IMG/VR virus record: IMGVR_UViG_3300029342_000002
DNA length: 64,000 nt
Direction: 5' to 3' (one strand)
Origin: a virus
Positions 61,105 through 64,000 of this stretch are shown one piece after another. The position numbers and the translations under genes are program-made. A model generated the notes under the pieces. The model was not told the DNA's origin. It searched no databases and was given only the letters and a program-made list of their open reading frames with translations. Position 1 is the first letter of the stretch; the number at the start of each line of letters is the position of its first letter.

Positions 61105-62289
61105 ATGAGGTATTTTATCAGTACTAAGGAGAGTAAAAGGAACGAGAGCGGGATGATTCCCGTATCGGTGGTGTTCCGTCACGAGGGTAGGGAGTTTGCT
61201 GCTTCAACTGGCATAGCGGTGAAGTACGCAATGAACGGCATGGTGTTCTCGGCAGAGGAGCCTAATCTGAAAGCCAAGACAAGGAGGCTTATGTGTATCA
61301 TGGACGAGGTGGATAGGTATGTCCTTGAGCACGTGGATTCGGATTATGAGCGGATGAAGGAGGATTTGCGCTGCATCGTTACGGGCAAGGACCCGAGGGA
61401 AAAGAGGTCGCTTGCAAGTTTTGTGCGTGAGTTTGCCGAACTGAAGAGTGGGAGTACAAGGAAAATATATCTCAGGACGGCGGCGTTGATTGAAGGCTAT
61501 GCGCCTGAGGCGACGTTCGGTTCTGTGAACGGCTCGTGGCTTGACGGCTTCGTGCGGTCTATTGGCGAGAATGCAAGCGTGAACTATGCTGCCATCAACC
61601 TGAGGAATATACGTGCGGTGTTTAACTGGGCGATAGACAACGAATGGACATCGTGCTATCCGTTCAGACGCTACAAGATAAAGTCGGAGAAGGTGGCAAT
61701 CAACAATATCTCGCTGGAGCAGCTGAGGGCGGTGCGTGACTTTCCTCTTGATGACTGGCGTCGGATTTACCGGGACTTATTCATGTTGTCGTTCTATCTG
61801 TGCGGCATCAATCCTGCGGACTTGCTGCGATTGAAGGCGTCGGATATGAAAAACGGGCGTATTCGCTACAAACGGGCGAAGACAGGGCATTTGTTTGACA
61901 TTCCAGTACCGAAGCCCGCTGAGGATATTATAAGCCGCTGGAGGGGCAGGAAATGGCTTCTATGCCCTCTTGACAACTATTCCGACTACAGGGGCTTTTA
62001 TTGTCACTGGAATGCTGCTCTGAAGAAAATCGGCAGTCTAGAGCTTGCCCCGGACAAGTCGGGTGGGTTGCGCAAGAAGGTCTGGCGTCCGATTGTGGAG
62101 GGTCTGACGACGTACACGGCTCGTTATACGTTTGCGAGCATCGCCGCGGAACTTGAGATTCCGCGTGAGACTATAGCTCTTTGTCTCGGTCATTCGTGGG
62201 CTGATGTGACGAGCCACTACATCGCCTATGACACTAAGCGCATAGATGATGCGGTGGCTCGGATTGTGGCTTACGTGGAGGGGAGCTGA
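61105..62289 (+). CDS. int: tyrosine integrase
   Basis: 394 aa. C-terminal catalytic region ...TTYTARYTFASIAA...LCLGHSWADVTSHYI has a Bacteroidetes-type R..(H/Y)xxR..H..Y arrangement. Lies adjacent to the tRNA fragment. Confidence 0.85.
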   Translation: MRYFISTKESKRNESGMIPVSVVFRHEGREFAASTGIAVKYAMNGMVFSAEEPNLKAKTRRLMCIMDEVDRYVLEHVDSDYERMKEDLRCIVTGKDPREKRSLASFVREFAELKSGSTRKIYLRTAALIEGYAPEATFGSVNGSWLDGFVRSIGENASVNYAAINLRNIRAVFNWAIDNEWTSCYPFRRYKIKSEKVAINNISLEQLRAVRDFPLDDWRRIYRDLFMLSFYLCGINPADLLRLKASDMKNGRIRYKRAKTGHLFDIPVPKPAEDIISRWRGRKWLLCPLDNYSDYRGFYCHWNAALKKIGSLELAPDKSGGLRKKVWRPIVEGLTTYTARYTFASIAAELEIPRETIALCLGHSWADVTSHYIAYDTKRIDDAVARIVAYVEGS

Positions 62290-62654
62290 GGGTTGTCAAG
62301 CTCGATACTGACGTAGATTTGGCAGAAATCGTAGGCGAACTGCTTGAGTGGTTTGCCTGCGGCTTCTGCCTTTCTCGTTTCCTCGCTGAGAGTTTCGAGG
62401 TCGGGTGGCGGGAGCTGCGGCTGAGGGGTCAGCTGTAAGGCTTCGTCGTCGAAACGGAGTGAGATGCGGATGAACTCGCGTTGGAGGTCGTCGTAGGATG
62501 TGATGTCGCCGGCTGCTGCTGCGTAGAGCGCTTCCATCGCGAGCTTGTCATACTTGCTGCGCAATGCTGCCATCTGCTTGGCTTCCGGCGGAAGATAGCT
62601 ATGCAGCTCCTCGGCTCTGGCCTTGAGATTCTGTAGGTGTTCTTCGTTGTCCAT
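62271..62654 (-). CDS. hypothetical protein
   Basis: Start taken at M15 (MDNEEHLQNL). Its 3' end overlaps the int stop convergently. Confidence 0.5.
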   Translation of the reverse strand: MDNEEHLQNLKARAEELHSYLPPEAKQMAALRSKYDKLAMEALYAAAAGDITSYDDLQREFIRISLRFDDEALQLTPQPQLPPPDLETLSEETRKAEAAGKPLKQFAYDFCQIYVSIELDNPQLPST

Positions 62655-62742
62655 ATCTGTTTTGCTGTTTAAAAAAAATAAAAAATTGACACACACGCTT
62701 CACAGCTCTCGCGTGCGAGAGTGTGAGTATATAGATGTTATG

Positions 62743-62921
62743 TATAGCTATTAGGATATATGAATGTATATGAATATATACTAATAGCTATATATAATAT
62801 CTATATATATATAGTGCAATCGCATGCAATCGCATAGGCATAATCGGACGTACTGATAATCAATGAGTTACGACGATGGAAATACGTCGGGAAATACGTC
62901 GGATTATGCGATTTATGCGAT
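62743..62921. repeat. cluster of short repeats next to the second recombinase (candidate att/arm sites)
   Basis: 12-bp inverted repeat TATAGCTATTAG/CTAATAGCTATA (62743 and 62781). Tandem GCAATCGCAT x2 (62816), GGAAATACGTCG x2 (62878) and TTATGCGAT x2 (62904). The last is inverted relative to ATCGCAT. Confidence 0.8.
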
Positions 62922-62951
62922 CGCATTTTTCGCATGTTTTCGGAGGTGTTT

Positions 62952-63986
62952 TTACTGGTCTTCGGGATAGTCTTTTCCGACCGCATGGAGGGCGTTCATT
63001 TCGCGTTCGGCGCGTTCTGCTCCGGGGAGCTGGAAGGCTGCGAATGTCTCGGGTGAGAGTCCGATTTCTCGGACGATGTACCGCTGCGTCATGGAGATGT
63101 TGGGGACGTTGCCTGACATGTGTCCCATGCAGAGGGCTATCTGTTCGATGGGGATGCCTTTGATCGCGAGGTTGGTGGCGAAGGAGCGGCGACCGGTGTG
63201 TGAGGAGACGAACTCCCACTTGTGTCCTCTCTGCGTGCGTCCTGCGCGGAAGACCTTGGTGATGGTGTCTATTCCGCATGCCCGGCAGATGTCGCGTATG
63301 TTGTCGTTGTAGCACCTTACGGAGATTTCTCTCGGCTCGGTGGGGGAGGTCCGTTGCAGATAGATGCGCAGCCACGGATGGATGGGGACCTTGACGACGG
63401 TCTTGGTCTTGTGCGAGACGTATGTGATGATGCGTCCGTCCTCGCTGATGTTGTCCGGCGAGAGTGTGAGGCAGTCGGAGAGGCGTGCTCCGCACAGGCA
63501 TTCGAGCATGAAGATGCGCTTGGCGTGCTTGGCTGCTTTGGTGCGTGGCGTGAACTCGTGGATGCGCCGTATCTCGTCGTCGGTGAGCGCTACGGACTGC
63601 GACGGGACTTTCTTTGTGCGCAGGACTGTCCCGAAATTGAGTGACGGGACGGGCTTGGAGGAGTTTTCGCGTATGATGGCGTTGACTTCGGCGAAGATGG
63701 TCTTCGCTGAGTTTGGCGCGTATGATGACGCTATCTCCTCTCGGAAGTCCTGAAGGTTGTCGTCGGTGAGGTCTTCCCACATGGGCGGGCGTCCGACTAT
63801 GCCCTTGAAGATGTTGACCACCTTTACTCGTCCCGGATGTTTCCATATCCAGGCTCCGTAGAAGGTGTGGCGCCAGGGATAGCCGTCGTATGTGGCGAAA
63901 TAGCCTTGTCGGATGGCATTGGCGTACTTTTCCTGCTGTTCGGGAGTGAGCATCTCCTGCCAGCGTCTTGTCTTGAGTTGTGTCAT
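62952..63986 (-). CDS. tyrosine recombinase/integrase (second copy)
   Basis: 344 aa. Contains GARLSDCLTL, SSHTGRRSFATNLA and LCMGHMSG...TQRYI (R, HxxR, H, Y). Confidence 0.85.
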   Translation of the reverse strand: MTQLKTRRWQEMLTPEQQEKYANAIRQGYFATYDGYPWRHTFYGAWIWKHPGRVKVVNIFKGIVGRPPMWEDLTDDNLQDFREEIASSYAPNSAKTIFAEVNAIIRENSSKPVPSLNFGTVLRTKKVPSQSVALTDDEIRRIHEFTPRTKAAKHAKRIFMLECLCGARLSDCLTLSPDNISEDGRIITYVSHKTKTVVKVPIHPWLRIYLQRTSPTEPREISVRCYNDNIRDICRACGIDTITKVFRAGRTQRGHKWEFVSSHTGRRSFATNLAIKGIPIEQIALCMGHMSGNVPNISMTQRYIVREIGLSPETFAAFQLPGAERAEREMNALHAVGKDYPEDQ

Positions 63987-64000
63987 AATATGATGGATTA

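Noticed and set aside
62860-63846. 328-aa Arg/His/Pro-rich ORF and + strand ORFs overlapping the second recombinase.
   Set aside because: This is an alternate frame of a gene with clear tyrosine-recombinase motifs, and its composition is implausible for a real protein.
1-64000. A diversity-generating retroelement or retron associated with the tail fibres or structured RNAs, and any CRISPR array.
   Set aside because: No ORF in any frame shows reverse-transcriptase motifs (YxDD with the surrounding RT blocks). No template/variable repeat pair was seen near the fibre genes. No repeat-spacer architecture is present.

Overview
The window is almost entirely a temperate siphovirus-type phage or prophage. 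The host is probably Bacteroidales: several proteins resemble Bacteroidetes-restricted families (DUF3127-like, DUF4494-like) and there are TAnnTTTG-type promoter boxes.

Layout:
- (i) 15-6705, + strand: a LemA-like/membrane protein pair, small ORFs, a RuvC-like resolvase and a D5/P4-type primase-helicase.
- (ii) 6853-11572, - strand: packaging block with large terminase, portal and an SPP1 gp7/Mu F-like head morphogenesis protein.
- (iii) 11750-35625, + strand: scaffold, capsid, head-tail genes, major tail protein, a 2367-aa tape measure, a 1949-aa distal tail protein, two paralogous tail fibres, and a lysis cassette (glucosaminidase, holin, candidate unimolecular spanin).
- (iv) 35901-39111, + strand: AT-rich accessory island.
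- (v) 39174-59848, - strand: early region with many small ORFs, YopX, ASCH, a 4-member paralog family, a replication protein, an SSB-like protein, a YqaJ exonuclease and an annealing protein. A 1632-bp IS with a 9-bp target duplication is inserted here.
- (vi) 59899-60806: divergent Cro-like/CI-like switch, then a 5'-truncated tRNA-Ser fragment (att-like), arm-type repeats and a tyrosine integrase (61105-62289). A second tyrosine recombinase (62952-63986) has its own repeat-rich site.

Most unusual observations:
- An early-operon module combines an RlmN/Cfr-like radical SAM enzyme with a DUF4406/deoxyribosyltransferase-like protein, a very basic small protein and a Cys-rich protein (39174-42034).
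- Three tRNA-like elements have acceptor and T arms but no canonical anticodon arm. They lie in and beside a 730-bp ORF-free stretch (57740-59476).
- A structured CTAG-rich GC-rich intergenic repeat is dispersed in at least 6 copies.
- The motif TGTATATTTATGC recurs at two late-operon starts.
- Two A-tract candidate -1 frameshift sites occur, at 6024-6033 and in the IS at 46935-46943.
- One protein carries a 63-residue (G-Y/D/S)n repeat.

Limits: all family names come from motif recognition by eye, not from searches. Coordinates of features not in the ORF track were located by hand and may be off by 1-2 nt.
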